Below are positions 25,050 to 37,990 of a DNA stretch of 64,000 nucleotides, piece after piece; positions within the stretch are counted from its first letter, which is position 1; every line of letters starts with the position of its first letter. Below the pieces are notes generated by a model, which did no database searches, was not told where the DNA came from, and was given only the letters and a program-made list of their open reading frames with translations. The stretch comes from Callorhinchus milii. Its lineage: Eukaryota. The stretch is from positions 114,268,001 through 114,332,000 of the forward strand of contig NW_024704743.1 of the NCBI RefSeq assembly GCF_018977255.1, written 5' to 3'. A program made the translations under genes and the position numbers.

Positions 25050-25370
25050 GGAAGCTGGGTAGTGCTAAGAGTTAGCTCACTCTGGGATCTCAGTTTAAAT
25101 GCAGTCCAGATCGATGGGATGAAAGTTTGCTTTCTTTGCTGGCTGTGAGAAATCTTCAGACATTGAGGCAGTCTGAATCTCCATTCCTGGTTGGCTCGGT
25201 CTCACATCATAGAACTGCCCCTAATGCAACAATCATTGACACTGAATTGGCAATCTCACTCATTGAGGCCACAAGGTTGGCTGGTGTGGGAGATGGAAAA
25301 AATGTGTTCTGGTGAAGGAGAGGATCTTTCAGTTGAGGTTAAGGCTCTTTAGAGTCTAGTCTGCTCCATG
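25050..25370 (+). mobile_element. LF-SINE-like ancient SINE
   Basis: ctctgggatctcagtttaaatgcagtccag; cacatcatagaactgccc; gaattggcaatctcactcattgaggcc resemble the recalled LF-SINE consensus. Confidence 0.5.
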
Positions 25371-25680
25371 TATACACTTTGTGCAGCACATTAATGTGAT
25401 TTATACTTAAAACTTAAAACACTTAAAACTTAAAGTTGTATTGGGGCTATTCATAAAGGATAAATTCACAAAACGTATTGAATGGAGGAGACTTGAACTT
25501 AGCCAACATTGATACATTTGCTATATAGAATGTAAAGAGGAGAAAATCCTCTTTGTTGATCCAGAGTTAGGAGCTTTGCAGATAATGAAGGCCTGGAATT
25601 GGAAATTGTTCCATTCACCATTGCTCATAACTCTTGCCTCAATAATAACAATAAAAAGAATTCCATTCCAACAAGCTATC

Positions 25681-25760
25681 TCTGGGAATCTCAGCTTAGT
25701 TTGGATAATTATGGTGATGGGTTTCCGCATGTGTCAGACCACACGGCTGACCAAAAAAAA
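25681..25760 (+). mobile_element. Poly(A)-tailed retroposon 3' end, copy 3
   Basis: Same motif as 850-952. Confidence 0.7.
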
Positions 25761-25906
25761 CAAAATAACGATGAAAATAATAATAATAATCCTTTCATTT
25801 GATATAAAGCCTTACCACGTTTTCGAGACTTCTCAAAGTGCTTCACAGAATATACAACTTGCACTTATATCCAACGCTGAGATTTCCAGAGATAGATTGT
25901 TGGAAT

Positions 25907-26216
25907 GGAGTCCTGTAGCTCAGTGGTTAGAGCACTCGCCTTGCAAGCAAGAGACCTGGGTTTGATTCCCGGCAGGGCATAACCTTTGGCAAGTTTCCTT
26001 ACTCTACACGCCTGATAATAATCCCTCATGAAACAAAACAATAATAAATTGATCACTTCAATCCACGACTGTTTGTGGAATACTGTTGTGCGCAATTGGC
26101 TGCCGTGTTTCCCCAACAAATATACAGTCAATTCACTTTACAGTCTATTCTGTGAAGCGCTTTGAGACATCTTGAAGACGTGAAAAACACTATGTCAAAT
26201 GTAAGTATTATTATTA
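25907..26216 (+). mobile_element. SINE-A, full length, short variant
   Basis: Complete head to tail. Confidence 0.95.
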
Positions 26217-26490
26217 TATAGTGTCCTCCATGCAGGATAACGTCTCAGAGTGCTTATACTGTAAAGTGAATTGACTGTATATTTTGTGGGCAAAACATGG
26301 CAGCCAATTGCACACAGCAGTGTCCCATAAACAGTCGTGGATTGAGTGACCAGATTTAAAAAAAAAATTTTTTTGAAGGGATTATTATCCGCCAATCGAC
26401 TAACAACCGAGTTCCTATTTAATGCTAGGTAAATAGAGGTGTGTGGAGTAAGGATACCTTCCCAACGTTTCGCCCTGCCGGGAATCGAAT
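26217..26490 (-). mobile_element. SINE-A long variant, head truncated, tail-to-tail with the previous copy
   Basis: Body and central segment on the minus strand. Confidence 0.85.
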
Positions 26491-26837
26491 GTGCACAAAA
26501 TATCTTCAATTTGCTAATACAAAAAATCAGTCCTCATATAGGTTTAGGAAGAATCTGGTTACAGCATTGATGATGTGTTGGGAGATACATCAAAATGCCA
26601 AAGGTACATTTTCTGAGCTTTAGGTGTGAAAAGGAGTGAAAAGCTTCAATCCAGTGCCTTCAGTCAGCAAGCAAGGTCACAGAGAACATCTTATCTCTAC
26701 TGCCATCATATTTCTCTCTTTCGTCTTCTTGAAATACATATAGAACAAATCTGTACACATACTTTCTAATAATCTTCCTAGTTATGCTATACATAACATA
26801 TGTGCAACACAGCTGGCCTGAAATTCCACCTAGTCTT

Positions 26838-27630
26838 ACAATAACAAGTTGCATTTATATAGCACCCTCTACACAGGGAAGCATCTCAGAATGCTTAACA
26901 GTGGTCTATATTCAGCTTCAGGAAGTTCTCACTCAGCCAGGCCCTGATGTCTGCCAGACAAACTGAAAGAACATCGGCAGACCTGGAGTCGATACTGGAG
27001 GAGGCAAAGTAGATTTGTGTGTTATCCACATACATGTAAAAGTTTACCCAGTAACTGCAGATCACCCAGAGGGAGTATATAGATAAGGAAACGAAGAGGG
27101 CCAAGGTGGAGTGCTGGGATACCCCACAGGTGACCGAGCGGGGGGCGGGAGGAGAATCCATTTGCTGAGATGAAATGGAAGTGGTTGGTTAAGTAGGACT
27201 CGAACCATACAAGTGCGGTCCCACTAGGTAGATGAGCCGATGGAGGAGGATGGTGTGGTTGACTGTGTTGAACGTGCACAGAGATCCAGGAGGACGCGGA
27301 GGCAGAAGAAGCCCTGGTTACAGACAGAGAGAATGTCATTTGTGACTTTAACAAGCGCTGTCTCTGAGCTGTGGGCAGGGCGAAAATCAGACTCTAGGGG
27401 CTCGAGGAGGGAGTGGAGGGAGAGGTGTGACCAAAGTTGACCTGCAACAATGCATTCCAGGACTTTGGCAAACAACAACAAAATTACATTTATAGGGCGC
27501 CTTTCACGTCAGGAGGGTGTCCCAAATCACTGAACAGTCAACATGGGGGAGGGGTGGTGTAGGGGTGAGGGAAGGCAGAGAGAGACCAAAGACACGGTCA
27601 AGAAGGGTAGGTTGGAGATGGGATGGCAGA
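26838..27630 (-). mobile_element. Decayed L2 RT fragment with a second L2 tail inserted at about 27471-27600
   Basis: PISNLPF (27600-27630), KVLECIV...FRPAHSSETALVKVTNDIL...VLLDL, YVDNTQIYF, WLSENFLKLN. Confidence 0.9.
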
Positions 27631-27649
27631 AGCTGAGTCCCTCACAAAG

Positions 27650-28048
27650 ACCATTTGCTCTTCACAAGATCGCAATATTGATTTGCATGAAGAAGACCTT
27701 TCGGCCCATCTAATCTCATTCTTGCAGAATCCCCACCCTATCATCTACCCATCACAGTATCAAGCTGTTTATTGTAAATCAGGCCACGATCCTGGCCCCA
27801 ACCACCCTTCCTGGTAACCTGTTCCAGTCATTAATTACCTTCTGTGTAAAGAAATACTTCCTGTTTTTTCTTTACCCAGGGGGTAATTAACAACTGGAGC
27901 AGATTACAAGTGAGGATAGTTAGAAGGGAGGCCAGGACACAGGAGTCATTCAAATACAAATTGATAGAAGACAGTAGGGTGGGTATGCTGGAAGGATAAG
28001 ATGGGTGAAGAGCTTTCTTCATCTGAACTAATCTTGTGACCTTGTGAA
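27650..28048. mobile_element. Two CR1 3' ends in opposite orientation (about 27650-27860 -, 27875-28048 +)
   Basis: gaagaagacctttcggcccatct and its reverse complement gatgggtgaagagctttcttcatc. Confidence 0.7.
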
Positions 28049-28424
28049 CAGTCGGCGCTTGTGGTCCATTGAGACGTCCTCCTGATGTGAAAGACGCTAT
28101 GTAAATGTAAATTGTATTGTGAAAGGAGGAGGGTAAAGATGCTGATTCCTTGAAACATCAACCTCAAGGCTGCTTATCACTCAGACATGCTCATAGAGGT
28201 TAGATGTTTATAGAGTATTTCAGAATGATTAGCAAATTAGAATTAGCAAATTGTTGCATTAAATCTAACTTTAATGATAGTTTTCTTTAGTTCTTTTATG
28301 GAAAGATTGGCTCCATAATTAAGGCTGCAAAGAGTTTTCCAAATTCTGGACACTCTGAAATACTGCACATATAGAGTAATTCTAATCCCAGATGGAATTT
28401 TTCCTACATTGAAGTGAAATCCAT

Positions 28425-29038
28425 AGAGGATCACTTAATAGAAGAGTTGAAAATTATGAAAAGCTTTAAAAAGTAAATAATGAGGGATTATTTTCATTGG
28501 TTAGTAAATTGGCAACAAAAGGACATAAACTGAAGATTATTCACCTGCAAAGTAGTCACTACACTACAGTATATCCTGTGAAGTGCTTGAGACATCCTCC
28601 CAACGTGAAAGGCGCTATATCAGAGTAAACATCATGATTACATTATTATTGTGAGATCATGTTATTATTACTAGAAATGGAGCAGTGGGAGTTTGTATGG
28701 CGTATAAACACTTGTTGGATTTAGTTGACTGTTTTCCATGCTGCAATATTCTATATCAATCTATGTAAGTACAAAGAGAGATGGTTGGAAGACATTTTTG
28801 TTTAACAGAAAAGAGTTATTAGGTTGTGGGTTGGGTTACCACAAGTCATTATTGAAGCTGAGTCACTTACGTCATTTAAGGGGAGATAAGATAAGCACTG
28901 AAAGAATAAAGCTATAAAAGGGTATGGGAAAAGAGAAGGGAAATGAGATTAGAGTGCATAGCTTCAGTAGGGAACTAGCACAGAATAGCTCGATGGATGA
29001 ATGACTTCCTTCAGTGCTGAAATGTTTACAATTCTATA
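28425..29038 (+). mobile_element. CR1 3' fragment interrupted by a SINE tail and a second CR1 tail
   Basis: KIMKSF...TKGHKLKI-like segment and CR1 3'UTR. Confidence 0.65.
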
Positions 29039-29309
29039 GTGAACCATTGTTAGTTTCTTTGCCATTCTCTTTAGATCACTCGTCGGCACATGTGCAGAGT
29101 TTGATCTGCAACGAGAAAAACATAGCAATTTCGAACCTTCATCTCTCCTTCCCTCCCATCACAAAAATGTTACTGTAGTTCAAAGATACAATTTTAAGAT
29201 GGTGGATGCCTGGTTGGACCACTTGAATCACATTGAGACATCCTGCCGACGTGAAAGACTTTATATAAATGTAAACTGTTGTTGATGTTGAATCCTATGT
29301 AGAAGATTT

Positions 29310-29478
29310 CTCCTTCCCCATCTTCAGGTCAGGCCTGAAGACGTTCCTCTTCGACCATGCCAATGGTCACCTCCGCCCTCCCCCCAGCTTGGTGTCTTAC
29401 TCCACTACTGTCAAGTGCTGTGGGATGCTACCCTGTGTGTGGGGCTCCATAAAAATGCAAATATTGTTGTTGTTGTTG
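29310..29478 (+). mobile_element. L2 3' end
   Basis: FRSGLKTFLFDHA motif and (TTG)n tail. Confidence 0.85.
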
Positions 29479-30040
29479 CCCAAAAATCATGTCCAGACAA
29501 TCAGCCTGGTCATGTGTTGAGAAGGCGCATAGGCCCAGGCTGATTGTCAGTCAGATTTGGATGGATATATTGGCTCAGGGTTGAGCTGGGTGGCAATGGA
29601 ACATCACATGTTCATTCTGTGGAGTGGCAAAATCTAGCTGGTGCCGTCTCAGCTACTTAACAGAGAATCATTAGCAGGTGGCCACAAACTAGCCAACTTC
29701 CTGGTCCTTTCTGGCTGAAGTGGAGTAGGTGATTGGGCTAATGATTCACAATGGGGAAGGGAATAGGGAGAAAACGACAAACAAGAGCGCCAATTTAACA
29801 TGCAATACCAGGCTGTTGATTATTACAGAAGGTATTCTATCAAGGAATCCAATCTATACAAACACATTTTTCATATAGTGCGCGCTTTATATGAATTACC
29901 TTTGCTCTTCAGATGAGAAAACAAGGTCCCATTGCCTGTTCAGGTGAGTGTTAAAAGATCCAAGGGCACGTTTTGAAAAAGAGAAGGGAGTTTCTCCCAG
30001 TGTCTTGATCAACAATCCCCAAATAAAATTGATCAACCAC
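29479..30040 (+). mobile_element. Composite element copy 1: about 400-nt unrecognised head plus Deu domain
   Basis: Collinear with 6385-6862 plus 9362-9533; 14-bp inverted repeat at 29496-29509/29535-29548; Deu core from about 29905. Confidence 0.85.
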
Positions 30041-30235
30041 CAATGGTGGGGCAGACAGGGCAGGGGACATGGAGCAGGTCAGTGCCCGCAGAACGGAGGG
30101 AGTGGGCAGGTTAGTATGGTTTTAGCAGTGACCGTGGAGGGCTTTAAAAGTGAAGACAAAAATCTTAAGCTCGATCCTCTGGGCGATGGGGAGCCAGTGG
30201 AGCCGAGCGAGGAAAGGGGTAATAGGCTCACAGAG
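30040..30235 (-). mobile_element. L2 fragment
   Basis: LARLHWLPIAQRIELKIF on the minus strand. Confidence 0.75.
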
Positions 30236-32029
30236 CTTTGTGTGGAGAGTATTTCATATTCTTAACTACATGAACAAGACAATCGTGATATTTTGTCCAG
30301 CTTTGCTGCAATGTGTGATTTTCACATCTGCTCACTTTGTTGCACTGAGTCAAAATTGTGGCATTTCAGAAATGACTGATACAATTTCATGAAATGATAC
30401 AGCACAGAAATAGGCTATTGGGCTCAACTAGCCTGTGCCAATGTTTATAATCTACATGAGCCTCCAGCCCTCCTAATCCCTTCCATTCTGTGTGATTTCA
30501 ATATGATAGATAACATTTTGAAAAATCTCTTTAAGTTACTCTGAGTTATGATTGAATGTACATTGTGTAAGTTTACAAAAAAAGTCATGATATGTTGGCC
30601 CAATTTAAGTCTAGTGAGTTTCCATGAACAGAACTCCTTCTATCTAGACAGATATTTAATTGTTGTGTATGTTAGTTTACTTTACTGCCCACTGCACTAA
30701 CTCTGGAATCCAGACTAACATTTCTCAGACAAAGGAGACAGCCTGACTTTGTTTTGCTAGCCAGAATAATGGCCAAAAACTTCTCAGCATTAACCAGAAA
30801 TGTACAAAGCCACATTTTTAGCTCCCGGGCACCCAAAGTGTATTTGTGTCTTACAGGAAATCTGAATGCACATTGAATAAATACATTATTACCGGATACA
30901 TGAGAGACTTTATGTTGGGTAAGTGGTAGCTAATGTACCTTAAGGCTGAATCTGCAGACTGAATATTATATCAAATATAATAACAGGAATCTGCATTAGG
31001 GTTGAGCCATATAATTAATACGTCACAATAGCTCTTTACTTTTTTAAATATTTATTATAGTACAGCCTCAATAGTGGACCATTTGAAATTGATTCAGAGG
31101 AATTAGATTTGATCTTTGTGATTAGCCGCCATTCAAAAGGTAAAGTTCCTTTTTCACAGGCAGACAGTGTTAAAAAACACTTATTATCTCAGCGATGTGG
31201 AAACAGTGAAGGGTTGGGCACTGATGGCAACTATCCATGCCTGCACTGCAAAACCGACAAGGCCTGTGCAATATTCAAGGATAAAGTGAAGAGATTAAGA
31301 TATCACTCATACATCAGAACCAATATATCAGCAAAACATAAGAAAGGAAGTGAGATTAAAGGGGCATTCCAAAGTGTGACGCACAGTCTAGACTTACTGC
31401 ACAAACAGAGGTTGCTGAAGTATCAAACAATCATTTCTCCACCTCCAGGGAAAAGTTGTACTTGTACTGTAATACACACACCGCTAATCTCCCTGTGTGC
31501 TCTGAAATCACAGTCTCTGTAACTTCCACATTCCCAGCTCTGAAATATTCCTTCTCCGCATGCTGCACCTCTGACATCAGGTACCATGTTGTTGTTGTAT
31601 CATGATGTCACAACCATTACCCAGCAGTTCCCTTGTTCCTTGAATTTGATAGCATTGCACAAAATAACTACATAAGAATAATAAATAAAAATAATGCATA
31701 ACTGATGGCTATAAAACCACAGAAATGTTCAGCACAGAAGATCTTTAGTTACTATGGTGCTGAAAGTCATATCAAGGCTTTATGAAATGCAAGGAATATT
31801 TTTTAAAAAACAATGGCTGAGGTAGCATCTGTTATAACATAACAAAGGAACAAGACAAATATTTGTGGGTGATTGCCTACAAAAAAGCACTGTCATTGCA
31901 CTTTAAAACCTTGTGAAGCGCTCTGAGAGGTCTCCCAAATGTGAAAAGCATTGTACCAAATAGGCTTCCGTTTGACTGGTCACCATGATATCAACCCAGA
32001 GACAGTGGAAAGGAGAGCAACAATTGTTA

Positions 32030-32803
32030 GAGGAAAGAGCTCTGAGATTTGACAAGCTAGGGTTCTTCAGTTTTGAAAGAAGGCTCAGAGGGGACCTCAT
32101 AGAGATGTATACATTTTTAAATGGGATTGAAAATGTAAACCCAGGTCAATACTTTAGGATGACAATAGAACAAGTGGACATAGGTTTATCAATGCAAAGG
32201 GGAAACTTCAGGACAGAAACCAGGGAACATAATAATAATAATAATAATAATTCTTGCATTTGATATAGCGCTTTTCACGTCAGGAGGACGTCCCAAAGCG
32301 CTTCACAGAACACACTGTAAAGTGAATTGACTGTATATTTGTGGGCGAACGCGGCAGCCAATTGCGCACAGCAATGTCCCACCAACAGTCGTAGATTGAA
32401 AATGACCAATTTATTATTGTTTTTGGTTTTTGGAGGGATTATTATTAGGCGTGTGGAGTAAGGAAACTTGCCCAAGGTTTCGCCCTGCCTGGAAATGAAC
32501 CCAGGTCTCTCGCTTGCAAAGCGAGTGCTCTAACCACTGAGCCACAGGACTCCACATGTATTTTCCCGAAAAGTAATTAATGACTGAAACGCTGTCTGTC
32601 CAGCACCTTGGGATGTCCTCCTGATGTGAAAAGCGCTATACAAATGTAATTTTGTTGTTGTTGAAACGGGTCTCCAGGAAACATGGTTGAGACTGGGAAA
32701 TTAGACTCATAAAAAACAGCTTGATGGATGGTAGGGTAGGTGTTCTGGAAGAATTAGATCAAATTATCTGAAAGACCTTCTTCATCTGAACCAATCTTGT
32801 GAA
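32030..32803 (+). mobile_element. CR1 3' fragment interrupted by SINE-A and an L2 tail
   Basis: LGFFSFERRLRGDLIEMYTFLNG...GNFRTETREH; tail aatcttgtga. Confidence 0.85.
32229..32553 (-). mobile_element. SINE-A, full length, young short variant
   Basis: CpGs retained, intact tRNA-Ala(TGC)-like head, acat duplicated at junctions. Confidence 0.95.
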
Positions 32804-34891
32804 ATGTGTAAAAGCTGCAGGAGGAACCATTATCCAGAAATTGAGAGCTGGTGTGGTTTAGTCCCAAATGTGTAATTAAAGTCAGGTTTTAATGACCTGT
32901 TTTAAGTGCAATCACTGTACGGTTCCTTAAATATTAGTGGTTTTAAGGAGTGGTTTGCATTTAGGTATAGCTCAATTTTCAACAGTGGAGGAGCCAGTTT
33001 TTTATGGGCTGAACAACTGTTGTAATTTCTATGAACCCATAAAATGTTCACTGGGATATAAACTGCCACCTAGGGACCTCAGGGCAGATCTGACAATATA
33101 CTGGACGTTCAATAATATGAATGAAATCAAATTTAACGAGGCCTTCCAGGTAGAGGTCATACAAATGAGGCTATTTAAAGGAAATCAATAGGAATCTACT
33201 CATTCTTGTCTACACATATGATGGTTAATTTTGTTTATTCCAGAATTTATTTCAATTAAACAATTAAAATAATTGATTTATTCATTATTTAGCATTGGAA
33301 CTTCCTGACATCAAGAGAGAGAGAGAGATAATAATAATCCTTGCATTTGATATAGTGCCAAATTACATTGTTGAGGTTTCAAAGCCACAATATATACTGT
33401 AAAGCGATGAGAATATGTGTATTTATGGGTGATGCATTGATAGATAGGATATTTTATTATGAGTCCTTCATTTCAAATTAATGACAATTTCCCAATGTAG
33501 GCAGGACTGTGGTCTAGTGACTAGACTGATGAAATGGCACCTCCCTTTCCTCTATTAGGAGTGCTTTGTGGTATTGGGTCTGTTCTTGCACAATACTGAA
33601 GAGTCTTATGAAAATGAGATCAGATTACAGAACTGCAGAATGCCAAAGTACTAAGTCCTCCAATTTCTGGAACAATTTACCAATTTTAATCATGAACATC
33701 AGCAAAGTAAGTACAAAACGTCGGAGAGGCATATCTATATATATATATATAAAGCTACACAAGCAGATGCCATGTCCCTTCTCTGCTGTCTGTTACTGTA
33801 GGTACCAATGATTTCTCCTCCATATGCCAAATGATTGAATTCTCAATATAAAACCACAACTAATATCCCACCATAAATACTGTGGAAGTAAAATGCAGCA
33901 TATGATAATATCACATCAGATTACCCCCCATGTAAATGGTATTTCACTGTAAGTATTTTCAATACTAGAAAATATCAACATAATAGGAGCTATCATTTCT
34001 GTCTTGTAGCTTTCTGCTGTGTGCCTTTGCATCTATTTCACTCAACAACAATTTACAGTTATACAGTGCCTTCATGTTGGGAGGATGTCTCAAAGATCAA
34101 CTTTTAATCTCTGCAACTATTATTTGAATTCCATCTAACCCTGTAGCTCTTTTATACAGTGGGACTTGGACTTGGAAGCAACGGGACTTGGTGAATAGCA
34201 GAAAAGTCAGAGCGTGCAGACTGAATTTGCACTGACAATTCCCACCCACTCAATTCAGAATCAGTTCAGTGGTTTTTGCATGGATCAAGGGCACTGATAT
34301 TGGGGTCTATCATAGGGACATTGCTATGAGCAGTAATTTTTTCACTTTATTTTGAAATCAATTGGTGAATGATGAACACCCTCCCCACCCTCCACACACA
34401 TCGTTATGCAAGTCTGTCAGAACCTTCGGGGAGCATTATTGATCATTGTCAAATTCTTAGTGATGACAGCAATGAGAGATGAGCAATGTCGCATGTTGAT
34501 TGACAGCAGCACTGATGAAATGGGAGGAAAAAATGGTAGGCAACAACTTGTATTTGTGAACATGCCAAGCAGCTGGTTTGACAAGCAGCCTGGAAACTTC
34601 AAACAGTGCAAAACCATGTTGTGTTGAACATACTTTAAGTTAAGCATCAGAAATGATGGCATTGGAGGATGCCTTTCAGCCCTCGGAGTCTGTGCTGGAT
34701 TGCTATCTCCTCCCCTCCACTAGAGCAAAATTTTCTCTAATCCCAATGGTCTGCTCTTTCTCTGAACCCTGTTAAATTATTCCTCTTCAAATACTGATAC
34801 AATTCTCGAACTTCTGCTCACATGAGTAACGGGTCCCTTGAGGAATTGATTTAATAGTGTTGGAAACTGCTTTTATATTGCACTTTCATTG

Positions 34892-34945
34892 TCAAATCGG
34901 TGAGAAAAAGCCATCAAATTGGTGAGAAAATCCCATCAAGTTGAT
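34892..34945. repeat. 22-bp tandem repeat, about 2.5 units
   Basis: tcaaat(c/t)ggtgagaaaa..cca units. Confidence 0.75.
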
Positions 34946-36404
34946 GGTAGGAGTGTAAAAGGGCTTTTGACGTATGTAGTCTTAGCCTTGCTCAAGTTCA
35001 GACAAACTAGAATATCACATTCGTAAAACGGCAAGATAAGCGGTCCAGCTACCAGATCAGGTTTGTGACAGCACTGGTTGGAATGCAAACCCCCCACGAG
35101 GAGACACTGTGCACTATTGTGTCAATGGGATCAGGTTGCAGGACTGACTGCATGATCCCCCGAGCAGCTTTACAGAGTGAATTACAGGGAATAACAGAAA
35201 TCCGGAAGCAGCTCATTTAATTTTTCCCACAGTCATCAGCAAAGTAAAGACTAATGTTGGCAGAACCTGTGGTGACACGGTGTGCGGTGCACACCTGGAG
35301 GAGTGGACGATGGGCGCTGCTTGGCTTGTTCTTCACCAAGTGTTGCTGAGTTGGCGGTTCCGCCTGAGCTCTTTTAGACACATGCCCGAGACAAGTGTAC
35401 ATAGCGTACCTAATGATGTCACTGCACTAGACTGTGGGAATTTAAAGTCATGAACCCACAACCTTCTGACTCAGAGGCGAGAGTGCTACCAACTGAGCCA
35501 GGCTGACACAGACATTTCACTTGAAAGGTATTTTATGTGAATCTAAATTGTTAAAAGAAAAATAAAGGTAAAAATACATCTAACAATTCAATACTCCTAT
35601 CCACCTCACTAGTAGAGGTAGAGGAGTGTTGGATCTTCAGATGTATCTTTACTGAGCTGCTCATCTTACTTCCTTTGTTTTTTACAGTCCTACTTCTAAG
35701 TGGATTCAGCGTGAAACCTCCATGGGCGAGAGCAGAGATATGACCGGGTGGCATATGGGATGCTTCTCACTATTAACTGTGGTGCCTGCTTAGCTCCATG
35801 GAGTAGTGGGCATGAAGTCCACTGGACCTGAACCCACCACTGCATAGCGGTCATAGCAAGATTACGTCCTTCCGACGTGAAAGGCGCTATACAAATGTAA
35901 TCTTGTTGTTGTTGTTACCATTTACAGTGGGGCTGCCATTGTATCCCAACCCCAATATATTAACAGTCAGAATGCCCAGACAAATGATGCATAATCTCCA
36001 TTTTTCACGAAGGGATCATTTTTCATCTTTGCTTTTCGCATTCTTCGAAGAAGGGATCCTGATAATGTTCTCACAGTGAACTGATGGGCTGCTTTTTATG
36101 GGTGCGAAATGTGTCACTTGAGGCAGGCTATTTAAGTGACAAATGACAGATTTGCTGCATTTACAAGGCAATAAATGGTTCCCATTCAGTGAACCAATGA
36201 TAAAGATAGGCAAGTGACAGCCATATTTTCAGCATTAAAATTTTACAGTTCAAGCAGCAATGCGCAGTTAACTAGCTCCTTTCACATAGAACAAATGCCT
36301 TGAAGGCATCTAAAAAGTATAGCAAAGAAAAATTAGAATATAGCTGTTGACTAAAGAGAAAGTGGTGCAAAGAAGCATTTAAAGCTTCAGGTCACTTGCT
36401 TCAC

Positions 36405-36720
36405 AGAATTATATGAACTGTAAAGCACTGAAACAGGCCATTTGGCCCAACTAGTCTGGGCTGCTCTTTGTACTCCACATTAGCTTCCATTAGTCCCTTC
36501 TCCCTCGGGAATGCTAGGAGATGCCATTGTAGTTGCTTTGAGATGCCTATGAGCGTATTTTGTCTGGAGGTCTCGGGGAAATGGGGAAGAGACACCCAGC
36601 GAAGATAAAGACTGAGAATTCAAATGAAAAATTGTTTAAGAATTGGTTAACATCAGAATGATCCAGTCCAAAGGGAAAAAAGTGAACATAACTGGCAGGA
36701 GGTCTGTGATGAGGTAATTT
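36405..36720 (-). mobile_element. CR1 3' fragment
   Basis: gaaacaggccatttggcccaactagtc 3'UTR signature. Confidence 0.6.
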
Positions 36721-36828
36721 AATCTTTTCCTCCAATTGTGCCCAGTGTGCGGAGCTATGCAGTCAGTTGCTTTTGAGGCAGTGCCAGTTTCCAGAGACAA
36801 ATTCCGAGATCTTCCTGACTCAGATTAA

Positions 36829-37286
36829 AATAATAATCCTTACATTTTATTTATTGCCTATCATGTTAGGAGGATGTCTTAAAGTGCTTCACAGGATTTA
36901 CTGTAAGGAGCAGTGACAGTACATTTTGTGAGCTAACCCAACAGAAATTTGCACACAGCAATGTCCCACCAAACAGCAATGAAGTGAATTACCAATTCCT
37001 TTTTTTTACTTGGGGGATTTTTAGCCAGAATAGCAAAAGATATGGTATACCCTTCTCTCTTCAAATGGTGCATGGAATCTTTAATGTCCACCTGAACCGG
37101 ACCTCAGTTTAAAGTCTCATCTGAAGGACAGCATCTCTGACAATCCAGCGTTGTCCCACTGCAGCATTGGAGTTTCAGCCCTAGAATGAGTTCAAAGTCC
37201 TGACGTGGGTTTTGAACCCGAAACTGCCTGACTCGGAGGATAAGTGTACCAACAGATTAGTACACCTACTGCACCAGGCTGTCACA
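36829..37286 (-). mobile_element. Deu-domain SINE, full length
   Basis: Head, Deu core (tctttaatgtccacctga...tctcatctgaagg) and tail. Confidence 0.9.
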
Positions 37287-37754
37287 CTAAAATGTGGTGA
37301 GATTCTCCGAGGCTGAGATTGGTGGGGGTACCTCTACATTTGTGCTAGTCTGAAGGATTCAATAAACCGCCACGATAGCTTGTTAGAGTTGCCAGTGGAA
37401 AACTTGAGAGGAAGAATGAATAAATCCTCATGAATGACAGGAAATAGAAAGTTTCAGATTCTCCGCTGTGTGGGCGATCCTTGGGCCATCCAACATCTGG
37501 AGACGAGGAAAACTGGATGAAAAGTAACAGTGAGCTAAATACGTCAATCAATTCATTCTTGGAAGGAAACGTGCCTCATTGCACAAACATCAAATCTGGG
37601 CTGGCCCAAATTCAAATACAGAGCCCTCAAATTTCACATAGTCTGTGTCCGTAAGTTCATTCCGCCTGAAAATGTGAGACTGTTTCAAACTGTGAAAAAA
37701 CATCTTCAACTCAGATTTAATGCGGAAGCTGATTATAATTATTATGATTCTTTT

Positions 37755-37990
37755 CGAGAACACTGTTTCCCTACAATTGATGGGTGAGCCTTCAACCATT
37801 CTGTCCCGCTCTTTGGAACTCCATCCCAAAGTCCTTCTCCCTCCCTCCCCATCTTTAGGGCCCACCTTAAGACCTATCTCTATTGGCCACCTTCCCCACA
37901 ACTCCCCCCACGCTAAGGGCCCAATCAACTGTTGAAGCACCTCAATATGTCCTGCTGGTGTGAAATGTGCACTGTAACTAATCGTTGGTG
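37755..37990 (+). mobile_element. L2 3' end
   Basis: gccttcaaccattctg...ctttggaactcc...ccttaagacctatctc. Confidence 0.7.

Noticed and set aside
31109..31610. 137-aa ORF, and a minus-strand first exon ending at gtaagt (31397)
   Set aside because: No recognisable protein; all minus frames are closed; a lone donor hexamer is expected by chance many times in 64 kb.
35233..35450. Open frame ISKVKTNVGRTC... faintly like a RUN-domain motif
   Set aside because: Similarity stops after a few residues and the conserved RAW(L/V)R motif is absent.
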